From Alphaproteobacteria bacterium (GTDB lineage: Bacteria > Pseudomonadota > Alphaproteobacteria > Bin95), in assembly GCA_965206075.1 (NCBI GenBank), contig CBDBIS010000001.1:12928-76927 (forward strand): a stretch of DNA of 64,000 nt. The letters run 5' to 3'. Within the stretch, counting starts at the first letter, position 1. The number at the start of each line of letters is the position of its first letter. This document shows positions 49,766 through 58,981 of the stretch, in pieces. The notes beneath the pieces are model-generated. The model saw nothing but the letters and a program-made list of their open reading frames with translations, made no database searches and had not been told where the DNA came from. Both the position numbers and the translations under genes were made by a program.

Positions 49766-51049
49766 ATGAGCGGCAACGAATCCCCCTACGGCCTCGAAAC
49801 GCTTGCGATCCATGCCGGCGCGGGCCCGGACCCCGCCACCGGCGCGCGCTCGACGCCGATCTACCAGACGACCTCCTATGTCTTCGATGACGTGGACCAC
49901 GCGGCCTCGCTCTTCAACCTCCAGACCTACGGCTTCATCTATTCCCGCCTCACCAACCCGACCGTCTCGGTGCTGGAGGAGCGGGTGGCCGCGCTGGAGG
50001 CCGGCAAGGGCGGCACGGCCACGGCGTCGGGCCATGCCGCGCAGATGCTGGCGCTCTTCCCGCTCATGCAGCCGGGCTCGCACCTGCTGTCGTCGAACAA
50101 GCTCTACGGAGGCTCGGTGACGCAGTTCACGCGCACCTTCGCCAAGTTCGGCTGGCAGGCCTCGCTGGTCGATTTCGACGATCTCGACGCGGTGCGGGCC
50201 GCCATCCGGCCGGAAACGCGGGTCGTATTCTGCGAGTCGCTCGCCAATCCGGGCGGCATCGTCAGCGACATGGAGGCGCTGGCGGACATCGCGCACGAGG
50301 CGGGCATCCCGCTGATGGTGGACAACACCATGGCCACGCCCTTCCTCTGCCGGCCGTTCGAGTGGGGCGCGGACCTGATCGTGCATTCCATGACCAAGTT
50401 CCTCTCCGGCCACGGCAACGCCATGGGCGGCATGGTGGTGGACAGCGGCGCCTTCGACTGGGGGCAGAACGACAAGTTCCCCTCCATGACGGAGCCGGAA
50501 GGCGCCTATCACGGCCTGCGCTTCTGGGAGACCTTCGGCGACCTCGGCTACACGGTGCACTGCCACGCCGTCGGCCTGCGCGACCTCGGCGCGACCATGG
50601 CCCCGCTCAACGCCTTCCTCGCGATCACCGGCATCGAGACCCTGCCGCTGCGCATGGCGCGGCACAGCGAGAACGGGCTGGAAGTGGCGCGTTACCTCTC
50701 CGGCCACCCGGCCGTCGCCTGGGTCTCCTATGCGGGGCTCGACGACAACCCCTACAAGCCGCTGGCCGACAAATATCTGAAGGGCTCGGGCGGCTCGGTC
50801 TTCACCTTCGGCCTCAAGGGCGGCTACGAGGCGGGCGTGAAGCTGGTGGAGGGCGTCGAGCTGTTGAGCCATCTCGCCAATATCGGCGACACGCGCTCGC
50901 TCATCATCCACCCCCGCTCGACGACGCACCGCCAGCTTTCCGAGGAGCAGGCCGCGGCCGCCGGCGCGGGCGACGAGGTGGTCCGCCTCTCCGTCGGCCT
51001 GGAAACCGCCGCTGACATCGTCGCCGACCTGGAGCAGGCGCTCGGCTGA
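49766..51049 (+). CDS. metY: O-acetylhomoserine aminocarboxypropyltransferase (sulfhydrylase)
   Basis: PLP-dependent Cys/Met-metabolism family with the PLP-lysine motif (HSMTKFLSGHGN). Confidence 0.9.
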   Translation: MSGNESPYGLETLAIHAGAGPDPATGARSTPIYQTTSYVFDDVDHAASLFNLQTYGFIYSRLTNPTVSVLEERVAALEAGKGGTATASGHAAQMLALFPLMQPGSHLLSSNKLYGGSVTQFTRTFAKFGWQASLVDFDDLDAVRAAIRPETRVVFCESLANPGGIVSDMEALADIAHEAGIPLMVDNTMATPFLCRPFEWGADLIVHSMTKFLSGHGNAMGGMVVDSGAFDWGQNDKFPSMTEPEGAYHGLRFWETFGDLGYTVHCHAVGLRDLGATMAPLNAFLAITGIETLPLRMARHSENGLEVARYLSGHPAVAWVSYAGLDDNPYKPLADKYLKGSGGSVFTFGLKGGYEAGVKLVEGVELLSHLANIGDTRSLIIHPRSTTHRQLSEEQAAAAGAGDEVVRLSVGLETAADIVADLEQALG

Positions 51050-51293
51050 GGGGGCGGCTGGCCCTGCGAAAGCGGGGGCGCCCCGGCCCCCCAATTCGTC
51101 ACCCCGGCCTCCGAGCCGGGGCCCGTCCATGGACCCCAATGCCGCCGTAGCGAGTGGAGAGCCGGCCGCCCGATCCGAAGGGTCCCGACGGCATGCGCGA
51201 CTACCCGAGCCGCATCGCCGCCATGGACCGCAGCGCGCTGGTTGGACAGACCCTTGCCTCAAAGAGGCCGCCGAAGAAAACTGGCTGCCCTAG

Positions 51294-52335
51294 CTGTGAT
51301 CTCTCAATAGGTTGTCCATCCGGGACTGATTCTCGGAAGCTGATGGGTGACGAAAACCTGTCAGCGAACCGAGAAGCGAGCCCCGGATGAACGTCCACAA
51401 GAATGCAAAACTCACGCCGCGCGGTCGAGCCGAGATCGTCCGCCGCGTGATCGACCAGGGGCAGACCCCGAAGGCCGTGGCCACGGCCTTCGGGGTCTGC
51501 GAACGCACCGTGCGCAAGTGGGTCCGGCGCTTCCAGGCCGAGGGAGCCGAAGGCCTGCGGGACCGCTCGTCGCGACCGCACACCCTGCGCCGACCGACCC
51601 CGGCCCCGGTGGTCCGCCGGATCGCCGCGCTGCGCCGGCGGCGCTGGTCCGGCGCGCAGATCGCCGCCCAGCTCGGCGTCTCCACCGCAACCGTCAGCCG
51701 CGTCCTCAGGCGCCTCGGCCTCAACCGCCTCAAGGCGCTCGAACCGCCCCAGCCGGTCAGGCGCTACGAGCGCGAGAACCCGGGCGAACTCATCCACATC
51801 GACATCAAGAAGCTCGGACGCTTCGACCGACCGGGACACCGCGTCACCGGCGACCGTACCGGCCAAAGCAACGCGCGCGGCATCGGATGGGAGTATCTCC
51901 ACGTCTGCATCGACGACCACTCCCGCGTCGCCTTCAGCCAGATCCTGCCCGACGAGAAGAAGGAAAGCGCCATCGCCTTCCTCAACGCCGCAATCGCCTA
52001 CTACAAGAGCCTCGGCGTCGCCGTCAGCCGCGTCATGACCGATAACGGGTCCTGCTACAGGGCCCACGCCTTCCGCGACGCCTGCAAAACCCGCGGCCTC
52101 AAGCACATCCGAACCAGACCCTACACGCCAAGAACCAACGGAAAGGCCGAACGCTTCATCCAGACCGCCCTCAGAGAATGGGCCTACGTTCGCGCCTACC
52201 AAAACTCAGGCCAACGCGAACACCACCTCCCGCACTGGCTCCACCGATACAACTGGCACCGACCGCATGGTAGCCTGAAGGCAAATACACCCATCAGCCG
52301 ACTCCGCCTGACCCAGGACAACCTGTTGATGCTCC
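51294..52335 (+). mobile_element. IS481-family insertion sequence (~1.04 kb) with ~27-bp imperfect terminal inverted repeats, inserted at a CTAG
   Basis: Left end ctag|CTGTGatctctcaatAGGTTGTCCatc. Right end ggtcaGGACAACCTgttgatgctcCACAG|ctag. CTAG on both flanks is the typical IS481 target duplication. Confidence 0.8.
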
Positions 52336-52343
52336 ACAGCTAG
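51387..52343 (+). CDS. IS481-family DDE transposase
   Basis: MNVHKNAKLTPRGRAEIVRRV N-terminal HTH and rve integrase core (DIKKLGRF...YTPRTNGKAERF). Confidence 0.92.
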   Translation: MNVHKNAKLTPRGRAEIVRRVIDQGQTPKAVATAFGVCERTVRKWVRRFQAEGAEGLRDRSSRPHTLRRPTPAPVVRRIAALRRRRWSGAQIAAQLGVSTATVSRVLRRLGLNRLKALEPPQPVRRYERENPGELIHIDIKKLGRFDRPGHRVTGDRTGQSNARGIGWEYLHVCIDDHSRVAFSQILPDEKKESAIAFLNAAIAYYKSLGVAVSRVMTDNGSCYRAHAFRDACKTRGLKHIRTRPYTPRTNGKAERFIQTALREWAYVRAYQNSGQREHHLPHWLHRYNWHRPHGSLKANTPISRLRLTQDNLLMLHS

Positions 52344-52492
52344 AGCACGGTCCGTTCCGGTTGCAACGGGGCCGAATGCGCGGCTCCAGGTGTCACCCCG
52401 GACGGAGCGAAGCGGAGATCCGGGGTCCAGGCAGTCCAAGTCTCTGCCAGGTTGCAGCGGCGTTACTGGGCCCCGGCTCGGAGGCCGGGGCG
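52342..52492. repeat. ~110-bp repeat (AGAGCACGGTCCGTTCCGGTTGCAACGGGG...) plus RIME hairpin; copy A abutting the IS right end
   Basis: Near-identical copy at 58607-58727. Confidence 0.85.
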
Positions 52493-52664
52493 GCAATTTC
52501 GAGCTTGGCCCGAAATACGGTCCAATCGGAACGGATTCTGCCCTAACTCGGAGAGGTGCGAGGTGGGCAGGGCATTCGCGACGAGATGTAGCCGCGGCGG
52601 CCCGGGTCAATTCCGCCATCCGTTTTTACACCCAGGCCGCAGCGCCTGGGCAACTTCGGGGTGG

Positions 52665-53387
52665 TTACACGGCCACGCCCAATTGCCGCGCCATGTCGGG
52701 GAAACTGTCGGCGACGATGTCGTGGGCCGGATTCGGGTCCCGGTCGGGCGGGCCTTCGGGCCCCCACTCGTCGGGCCGCTTCACGAACGCGGTCCTGAAG
52801 CCGCAGCCCTTCGCCGCGTCGAGGTCGAAATTGTGGCAGGCCACCATGCATATTTCGCCCGGCTCCAGCTGCAGGAACTTCGCGACGGCGTTGTAGGCTT
52901 CCGGCAGAATCTTGTATTTGCCGATCGCCTCGCAGGAGAAGACGGCGTCCCAGCCGAGCCCGTTGCGCCTGGCCGTATCCATGATGATTCGGAAGCTGAG
53001 GATCGTGAACGACGCGCACAGGAAACTCTGGCGGAGCTTCGGCAGGGTGGCCGGAAAGTCGGGCCAGCACTGCAAATTGTGCATCGTGTCGTATGAAATC
53101 GCGTGGCGCTCGTCCTCGGTGAAGGCGTCGAGTCCGTGCTCCCCGACAAGGCTCTCCAGCGCCATCCGGTGGGCGTCGTCGATGTTGTAAGCCGGCGGTT
53201 CCCTTTCGCCCAGATTTATCATCTTCCCGAGCGAGCGGCGGCGGAACTCGTTGGCGATGTGAGCCCAGTCCTTCTCGATCCCGTGTCTGGCGCCGGTCCG
53301 GGCCAATGCGCCTTTGACGCCGGAATGCCAGTCGAGAACGGTCCCGCCCGTGTCGAATGTCAGAGCCTTCACGCTTGCCAAGCTCAT
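52665..53387 (-). CDS. Haloacid dehalogenase type II (HAD superfamily)
   Basis: FDTGGTVLDW nucleophile motif. L-2-haloacid dehalogenase family length and pattern. Confidence 0.83.
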   Translation of the reverse strand: MSLASVKALTFDTGGTVLDWHSGVKGALARTGARHGIEKDWAHIANEFRRRSLGKMINLGEREPPAYNIDDAHRMALESLVGEHGLDAFTEDERHAISYDTMHNLQCWPDFPATLPKLRQSFLCASFTILSFRIIMDTARRNGLGWDAVFSCEAIGKYKILPEAYNAVAKFLQLEPGEICMVACHNFDLDAAKGCGFRTAFVKRPDEWGPEGPPDRDPNPAHDIVADSFPDMARQLGVAV

Positions 53388-53502
53388 CGCGCCTTCCCCC
53401 GAAATTTCAGCGGCCACAATTTCATGCGCCGCCGCCAACCGCAATCTGCGGCTTCGCGGGCGAGTATTCCCCATTCGGCTTGAGCGCGGGCCTGTTCGCG
53501 CT

Positions 53503-54690
53503 TCACGTCACCCGCGCGCGGACCCGGTATTTCGGATCGCGCCAGAGCTCTTGTGCGATCACGGTTTCGAGGGTTTCGACGGCGGCGAGCACGTCGGCCT
53601 CGTCGAGATAGAGCGGCGTGAAGCCGAAGCGCATGATGTCGGGCGCGCGGAAGTCCCCGATCGTGCCCCGGTCGATCAGCGCCTGCATGGCGGGATAGCC
53701 GTGCTCGAAAGCGAAGGACACCTGCGAGCCGCGTTCGGCCGGGTTGCGCGGCGAGGCGAGCGCGAGGCCGGGGCAGCGGGCCTCGACCTCGGCGATGAAC
53801 AGCTCGGAAAGCGCGATGGAGGCCGCGCGAATCTCCGCCATGTCGACGCCCTCCCACACGTCCAGCGCCCGGTCCAGGATGGCGAGTTGCACGACGGGCG
53901 GCGTGCCGACCCTGAGCCGCTCTGTGGACATAGCCGGGCGGTAGTCGGGCTCCATGGCGAAGGGCGCCTCATGGCCCAGCCAACCCGCCAGCGCCGGCTC
54001 GACCTCCTCCACGATGTCGGGCCGGACATAGATGAAGGCCGGCGCGCCGGGGCCGCCGTTGAGATATTTGTAGGTGCAGCCGACGGCGAACTCCGCCCGG
54101 CTTGCGGCCATGTCTATCGGCAGGGCGCCGGCGCTGTGGGCGAGGTCCCAGATCATCGCCGCGCCGGCATCGTGGGCGCCCCTTGTGATCCGGTCCATGT
54201 CGTGCAGCCGGCCGGTGCGGTAATCGACTTGCGTCAGCATGACCGCCGCGACTTCGCCGGAAATGTTGCTCGGCAGGTCTTCCGGAGCAGGCGTGCGCAG
54301 CTCGTAGTCCTTGCCGATCGTGCGGATCAGCCCCTGGGCCATGTAGAGGTCGGAGGGGAAGTTGCCGGAGTCCGAAAGGATTACCCTGCGTTCCGGGCGC
54401 AGTTTCAGGGCTGCGGCCAGCGCCTGATAGACCTTGATCGACAGCGTGTCGCCGGTCGCGACGGAGCCCTCGGGCGCGCCGATCAGCCGGGCGATCCGAT
54501 CGCCCACATGTTGCGGCAGCGACATCCAGCCGGCCGTGTTCCAGGCGCGGATGAGTTCCTGCCCCCATTCCCCGACGATCGCGGCGCGCGCGCGTTCGAG
54601 GGCTCCTTTGGGCAGGGGGCCCAGGGAGTTTCCGTCGAGATAGACCACCCCGTCGGGCAGGTCGAAAAGCTCTTTCCTCGGCAGGTTCAT
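53503..54690 (-). CDS. kynU: Kynureninase
   Basis: PLP fold-type I sequence with the characteristic kynureninase N-terminus (YLDGNSLGP) and PLP-lysine region (TYKYLNGGPG). Confidence 0.88.
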   Translation of the reverse strand: MNLPRKELFDLPDGVVYLDGNSLGPLPKGALERARAAIVGEWGQELIRAWNTAGWMSLPQHVGDRIARLIGAPEGSVATGDTLSIKVYQALAAALKLRPERRVILSDSGNFPSDLYMAQGLIRTIGKDYELRTPAPEDLPSNISGEVAAVMLTQVDYRTGRLHDMDRITRGAHDAGAAMIWDLAHSAGALPIDMAASRAEFAVGCTYKYLNGGPGAPAFIYVRPDIVEEVEPALAGWLGHEAPFAMEPDYRPAMSTERLRVGTPPVVQLAILDRALDVWEGVDMAEIRAASIALSELFIAEVEARCPGLALASPRNPAERGSQVSFAFEHGYPAMQALIDRGTIGDFRAPDIMRFGFTPLYLDEADVLAAVETLETVIAQELWRDPKYRVRARVT

Positions 54691-54692
54691 GG

Positions 54693-54990
54693 CTCATACC
54701 GGTGGTTGTCGATCGGAACCGATGTCGCTTGCAGCCGGAAATCTCCTCTCCCGCTTGCGGGGAAGGTTATACCAGCGGTCGTCGATAGGAACCGATGGCG
54801 GCCTCCCCCATCGTCACCCCGGCCTCCGAGCCGGGGTCCATCCATGGCTCCCGATGCCGCCGCAGTCGGTGGAGAACAGGGTGAACCGGCGAGGCTGCCG
54901 CCAGAACCGAGGCTGGGCCCCGGCTCGGGGGCCGGGGCGACGGGTTGGGTGGCATTCTTCATGAGTCGCAACCCGACGCCGTTGGTATCA
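54693..54990. repeat. Inverted-orientation MITE-like composite element with degenerate TACCAGCGG TIRs
   Basis: Shares the internal RIME hairpin and TIR with the 8329 and 43565 copies, in opposite orientation. Confidence 0.8.
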
Positions 54991-55199
54991 GGTGGGCCGC
55001 TTCCGCGTCAGCGCAAGCGGCGGCGGCGCCGTATTTCGTAGTGCTCGTCGCGTTCGGCCCGTCGGCGGGCGAAGCCAGGCAAAGGCACGTCACGCTGAGA
55101 GGCCCCGGGCCCCTTCCGCCGGGCGGGAGGGGAGCATGACGAAGCGCTCCCGAACATCGGTCTCGCGTTGAGCGCATTCGGATTACCTCGGGACCCGGC

Positions 55200-56285
55200 C
55201 TAGCGGAACTTCGGCATGATCTCTTCGGCGAACCGGCGGAAATTGCGCCGGTCCACGGCCTTGGGCGGCAGCAGCACGATCTCTCGGCAGCCGGCGGCCT
55301 CCATCGACCGGATGCGCTCCACGATGAGGTCCGGCTCGCCGACCAGCCCGCCCGTCGCCTGCACCGTGGCGGGCGTGACAAAGCGATGCTCGGCCTCGGG
55401 CAGATAGGAGCAGTGGCCCCGATGCACGCGAAGATGCATCCGGTCGTCGGGGATGCCGAGGTCCTTCAGGAAGCGGTTGTAGAGCTCCCAGTCGTCGCGG
55501 GCGTAGTCGGGGACGAAACCGTCATGGCCGACGATGCGCGCATGCTCCCACCAGTAATGGAGCGTTGCGCCGACCTGCGCGCCGATCTCCTCCACGATAT
55601 GCGGGTCGCTCACCTGTTCTCCCGGCTTCATCGCGCAGTAGAAAGTGAGGGTCGAGGCGTGGAAGTCCTCCGGCAGCGTGCGGCCGGCCTTCTCGGCGCC
55701 GGCCTTCACCCGGTCGAGATTGCGCGCCATGACGCCGAGCGGCTCTGCGCCTGCGCAGATGCGCCCGTCGCCGAGCTCGCCCGCGATCTCGAGCGCCCTG
55801 GGCCCATTGGCCGCGACATGGATCGGCACCGGCGGCTCGAAGCCGATGAAGCCCATCTCCCGGTTCTGGAACCGGATCGGCCGCGTCACGCCGTCATGGG
55901 TGAACGCGACCTCCTCGCCGTGCAGCAGGCCGCGCACCACGCGAAGATACTCCCGGAAGGAGCCGGGCTTCATCGGCTTCAGGCCCATGATGCGCATGGC
56001 GGTGTGGCCGGTGCCGATGCCGAGAAAGGCGCGGCCGGGCGCGAGGCGGTTGATGGAGGCGATGGAATGCGCCGTCACCGGGGCGAGCCGCGTGCCGGGA
56101 ATGGCCACGCCGGTGCCGAGGCGGATGCGCGAGGTATTGGCGGCCGCCAGGGCCAGCACGGCGTAGCAGTCCGACCAGATCATCTGGCTGTCCGGCGCCC
56201 AGCCGGAATCGTAACCGAGCTCCTCGGCGAGCTTCAGCGTCTGCCACTCGTCGATCTTGGTGTTGACCATCGCGCCGAACTGCAT
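55200..56285 (-). CDS. LLM-class (luciferase-like) flavin-dependent oxidoreductase
   Basis: Luciferase-like monooxygenase TIM-barrel sequence. Start refined to MQFGAMV. Confidence 0.82.
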   Translation of the reverse strand: MQFGAMVNTKIDEWQTLKLAEELGYDSGWAPDSQMIWSDCYAVLALAAANTSRIRLGTGVAIPGTRLAPVTAHSIASINRLAPGRAFLGIGTGHTAMRIMGLKPMKPGSFREYLRVVRGLLHGEEVAFTHDGVTRPIRFQNREMGFIGFEPPVPIHVAANGPRALEIAGELGDGRICAGAEPLGVMARNLDRVKAGAEKAGRTLPEDFHASTLTFYCAMKPGEQVSDPHIVEEIGAQVGATLHYWWEHARIVGHDGFVPDYARDDWELYNRFLKDLGIPDDRMHLRVHRGHCSYLPEAEHRFVTPATVQATGGLVGEPDLIVERIRSMEAAGCREIVLLPPKAVDRRNFRRFAEEIMPKFR

Positions 56286-56316
56286 GGGGGCGTTTCCTTC
56301 CGTCGCTCGGCCCGGA

Positions 56317-57027
56317 CTATAGCGCGCCGCTCGGCGCGTCGCGCCACGGATCGTCCGTCTTGGCTCCGATGAACGCGACCTCCAGCAGATCGTCCGGCAG
56401 GGGCCGCTGGAGCGCCGCTGCCTTCTCGGCGCTGCCCGTAAGCCAGGTCTCGAATTCCTCTTCCGTGCGAAGAACGACGGGCATGGCTTTCGGATGAATG
56501 GGCTCGACAATCCCGTTCGCCGGGCAAGTCAGGATGACGGTCGCCAACAGGGGCGCATCGGCGCTGGCGAGTTCCTCGTCCGACTTTCGCCGCAGGCCCT
56601 CTGTCCGCCAGTCCCAGCGGCGCCAGAAACCCGGAAAGGCGAAGGGCGGGCGGTCCTCCGCCCCTCCCCGGAGGCGAAACCAGGCCGCCGCCTTGACGGG
56701 CCTGCCCCGGCCGCCCGGTGTCGTGACCGTCGGATGGTACTCCGCGAAGGAGGTCGCCGGGACGAGGCAGCGCTGGCGCACATTGCGGATCGCGGGCCAG
56801 CTGCGGCCCAGATTGCGCGCATTGGTCACCCAGCCGCGCGGCGTGCGGTCCCAGCCCCACCTGGCCCGCACCAGTTCCCGATGCCCGTCATCGCCGATAC
56901 GGGCAATCGGCACCTCGCCATCGGGGAAGATCGCCGGCAGCGGTGCGAAATTGCCGAGCCTGTCCGTCGCCCGGAAGAGGCGTCGCATCGCTTCCTGCGG
57001 CAGCGTATTGGAAAACAGGTTGCACAA
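56317..57027 (-). CDS. SOS-response-associated peptidase (SRAP/YedK, DUF159)
   Basis: Family signature. The catalytic Cys directly follows an in-frame TTG (DL-CNLFS), so a TTG start giving Met-Cys2 is inferred. No ATG gives the obligatory N-terminal Cys. Confidence 0.78.
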   Translation of the reverse strand: MCNLFSNTLPQEAMRRLFRATDRLGNFAPLPAIFPDGEVPIARIGDDGHRELVRARWGWDRTPRGWVTNARNLGRSWPAIRNVRQRCLVPATSFAEYHPTVTTPGGRGRPVKAAAWFRLRGGAEDRPPFAFPGFWRRWDWRTEGLRRKSDEELASADAPLLATVILTCPANGIVEPIHPKAMPVVLRTEEEFETWLTGSAEKAAALQRPLPDDLLEVAFIGAKTDDPWRDAPSGAL

Positions 57028-57203
57028 ATCTTCTTTCCCGCCCCGTCGGGCTGCCGGCGCCCCGGGTTCTGCGAAGCGCCAGGCCGTCAATACACCATGT
57101 CGCGATCGTCGGGCGAACCCCCTCTCGTCCGCCGCGGTTTCGGTTTGTCTGAGGCCCATATATCCTTGCACGGTGAGCGACTCCGGGGGCGGAGAGACGG
57201 ACC

Positions 57204-58340
57204 ATGACGATTGCCGAACCGGCCTTCACTCTGGGCGTCGAGGAAGAGTATCTGCTGGTCGATGCCGGGACGGGCGACCTGGCGTCCGACCCGCCGGAAA
57301 GCCTGATCGACGAATGCGTGGGCGCGCTCGGCGAGCAGGTCACCAACGAGTTCCTCCAGGCGCAGATCGAAATCGGCACGAAGGTCTGCGCCGATACCGG
57401 CGAGGTGCGGGCCGAGCTGCGCCGGCTTCGGAGCGGCGTCGCGCGGGCCTGCGGCAATCACGGCCTCGCCCCGGTCGCGGCCTCGACGCACCCCTTCGGC
57501 GACTGGCGCAAGCAGGACTATGTCCAGAAGGAGCGCTATGTGGGCCTCGCCCACGACATGCAGGCCGTGGCCTACCGGATGCTCATCTGCGGGATGCACG
57601 TCCATGTCGGCATCGAGGACGAGGAGCTGCGGATCGACCTGATGAACCAGGCGCGCTACTTCCTGCCGCATCTCTTGTGCCTCACGACCTCCTCGCCCTT
57701 CTGGCAGGGGCAGGATACGGGGCTCGCCTCCTACCGGCTGACGGTGTTCGACGCCATGCCGCGCACCGGCCTGCCGGAGCCGATGGCCAGCTGGTCGGAA
57801 TACCAGCGCATGATCGGGCAGATGACGAGCTCGGGCCTCCTGGAGGACGGCTCCAAGATCTGGTGGGACCTCAGGCCGAGCTCCCGCTTCCCGACGCTCG
57901 AAATGCGGATCTGCGACGTCTGCCCGGACATGGAGGACGCGATAACCGTCGCGGCGATGTTCCAGTGCGTCCTGCGCATGCTCTACCGCCTGCGCCTCGG
58001 CAACCAGCGCTGGCGGGACTACCCCAATATGCTCATCCAGGAAAACCGCTGGCTGGCGCAGCGCTACGGCAGCCGGAGCAGCCTGGTGGATTTCGGCAAG
58101 CAGACCCTGGTTCCCTTCGCCGATCTTACCGACGAGCTTCTGGAAATCCTGAGGGAAGACGCCGAGGCGCTGGGCTGCACGGCCGAGTTGGAGCGCGCCC
58201 GGCGGATTGCGGGCGCCGGCACGTCGGCCGAACGCCAGAGGGCGGTGTACGAAGCCGCGGGCGGAGAAGCCAATAACGACGAAGCGCTGCGCGCGGTCGT
58301 CCGCGAACTGGCGGCGGAGACCGTCAACAGCGCGGGTTAG
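57204..58340 (+). CDS. ybdK: Carboxylate-amine ligase (YbdK/GCS2 family)
   Basis: TLGVEEEYLLVD N-terminus and GCS2 fold. Confidence 0.88.
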   Translation: MTIAEPAFTLGVEEEYLLVDAGTGDLASDPPESLIDECVGALGEQVTNEFLQAQIEIGTKVCADTGEVRAELRRLRSGVARACGNHGLAPVAASTHPFGDWRKQDYVQKERYVGLAHDMQAVAYRMLICGMHVHVGIEDEELRIDLMNQARYFLPHLLCLTTSSPFWQGQDTGLASYRLTVFDAMPRTGLPEPMASWSEYQRMIGQMTSSGLLEDGSKIWWDLRPSSRFPTLEMRICDVCPDMEDAITVAAMFQCVLRMLYRLRLGNQRWRDYPNMLIQENRWLAQRYGSRSSLVDFGKQTLVPFADLTDELLEILREDAEALGCTAELERARRIAGAGTSAERQRAVYEAAGGEANNDEALRAVVRELAAETVNSAG

Positions 58341-58602
58341 CCCGCATTTCTCACCGGGGTCACGGCCTGCGTCGCTGTCCAGGCGTTCGCTCCGCAAGGA
58401 GTGGGCCGAAAAGCGTAGCGGTGCCTACGGTCGAGGCCCGCGACGCCGCGGGCGGACGCCTGGACGCGACCCGGAGGGCGGCGCTGTCGGGCCGGCATGG
58501 TGCGTCGAGCCGCTTGCCCGATGCCCCGCATCGCGCTGCACGGCTCTCCTTCCCTGCCGGCCCGACAGCGCCGCGCAGACCATGACCCCGGTGAGAAATG
58601 CG
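58341..58602. repeat. MITE-like element with perfect ~23-bp terminal inverted repeats (CCCGCATTTCTCACCGGGGTCAC / GTGACCCCGGTGAGAAATGCGGG) flanked by TTAG, inserted at the ybdK stop codon
   Basis: TIRs read directly. Both flanks carry (gcggg)TTAG. Internal sequence is non-coding. Confidence 0.75.
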
Positions 58603-58606
58603 GGTT

Positions 58607-58981
58607 AGAGCACGGTCCGTTCCGGTTGCAACGGGGCCGAATGCGCGGCTCCAGGTGTCACCCCGGACGGAGCGAAGCGGAGATCCGGGGTCCAGGCAGT
58701 CCAAGTCTCTGCCGGGTTGCAGCGGCGTTATACCAGCGGCCCCAACCTGGGACTCATAGGGAGACCGCGTCCTCATATCGTCGCCCCCGCGAAGGCGGGG
58801 GCCCATCTCCGGACCTTTCGGCCTGCCTCGGCGGCACAAACGGAGTGCTGCCGAGGGCGCGTCCGCCCCGTAACGGCCGGCTGTGCGCGCCTCCCGGTTC
58901 AGGGATGGGCCCCCGCCTTCGCGGGGGCGACGAACAGGGGCGCCGCCGCTATCGGTTCCGGTCAATGACCGCTGGTATTAC
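58607..58981. repeat. Copy B of the 110-bp repeat, then a TACCAGCGG-bounded MITE containing a 28-bp-arm inverted repeat (GTCGCCCCCGCGAAGGCGGGGGCCCATC)
   Basis: 58607-58727 is near-identical to 52342-52459. 58728-58981 is bounded by TTATACCAGCGGC / GACCGCTGGTATTA. Confidence 0.8.

Noticed and set aside
57028-57203. Alphaproteobacterial LexA box (GTTC-N7-GTTC) upstream of the SRAP gene
   Set aside because: Looked for GAAC-N7-GAAC on the plus strand between the SRAP and ybdK genes and found only single half-sites. No convincing box.
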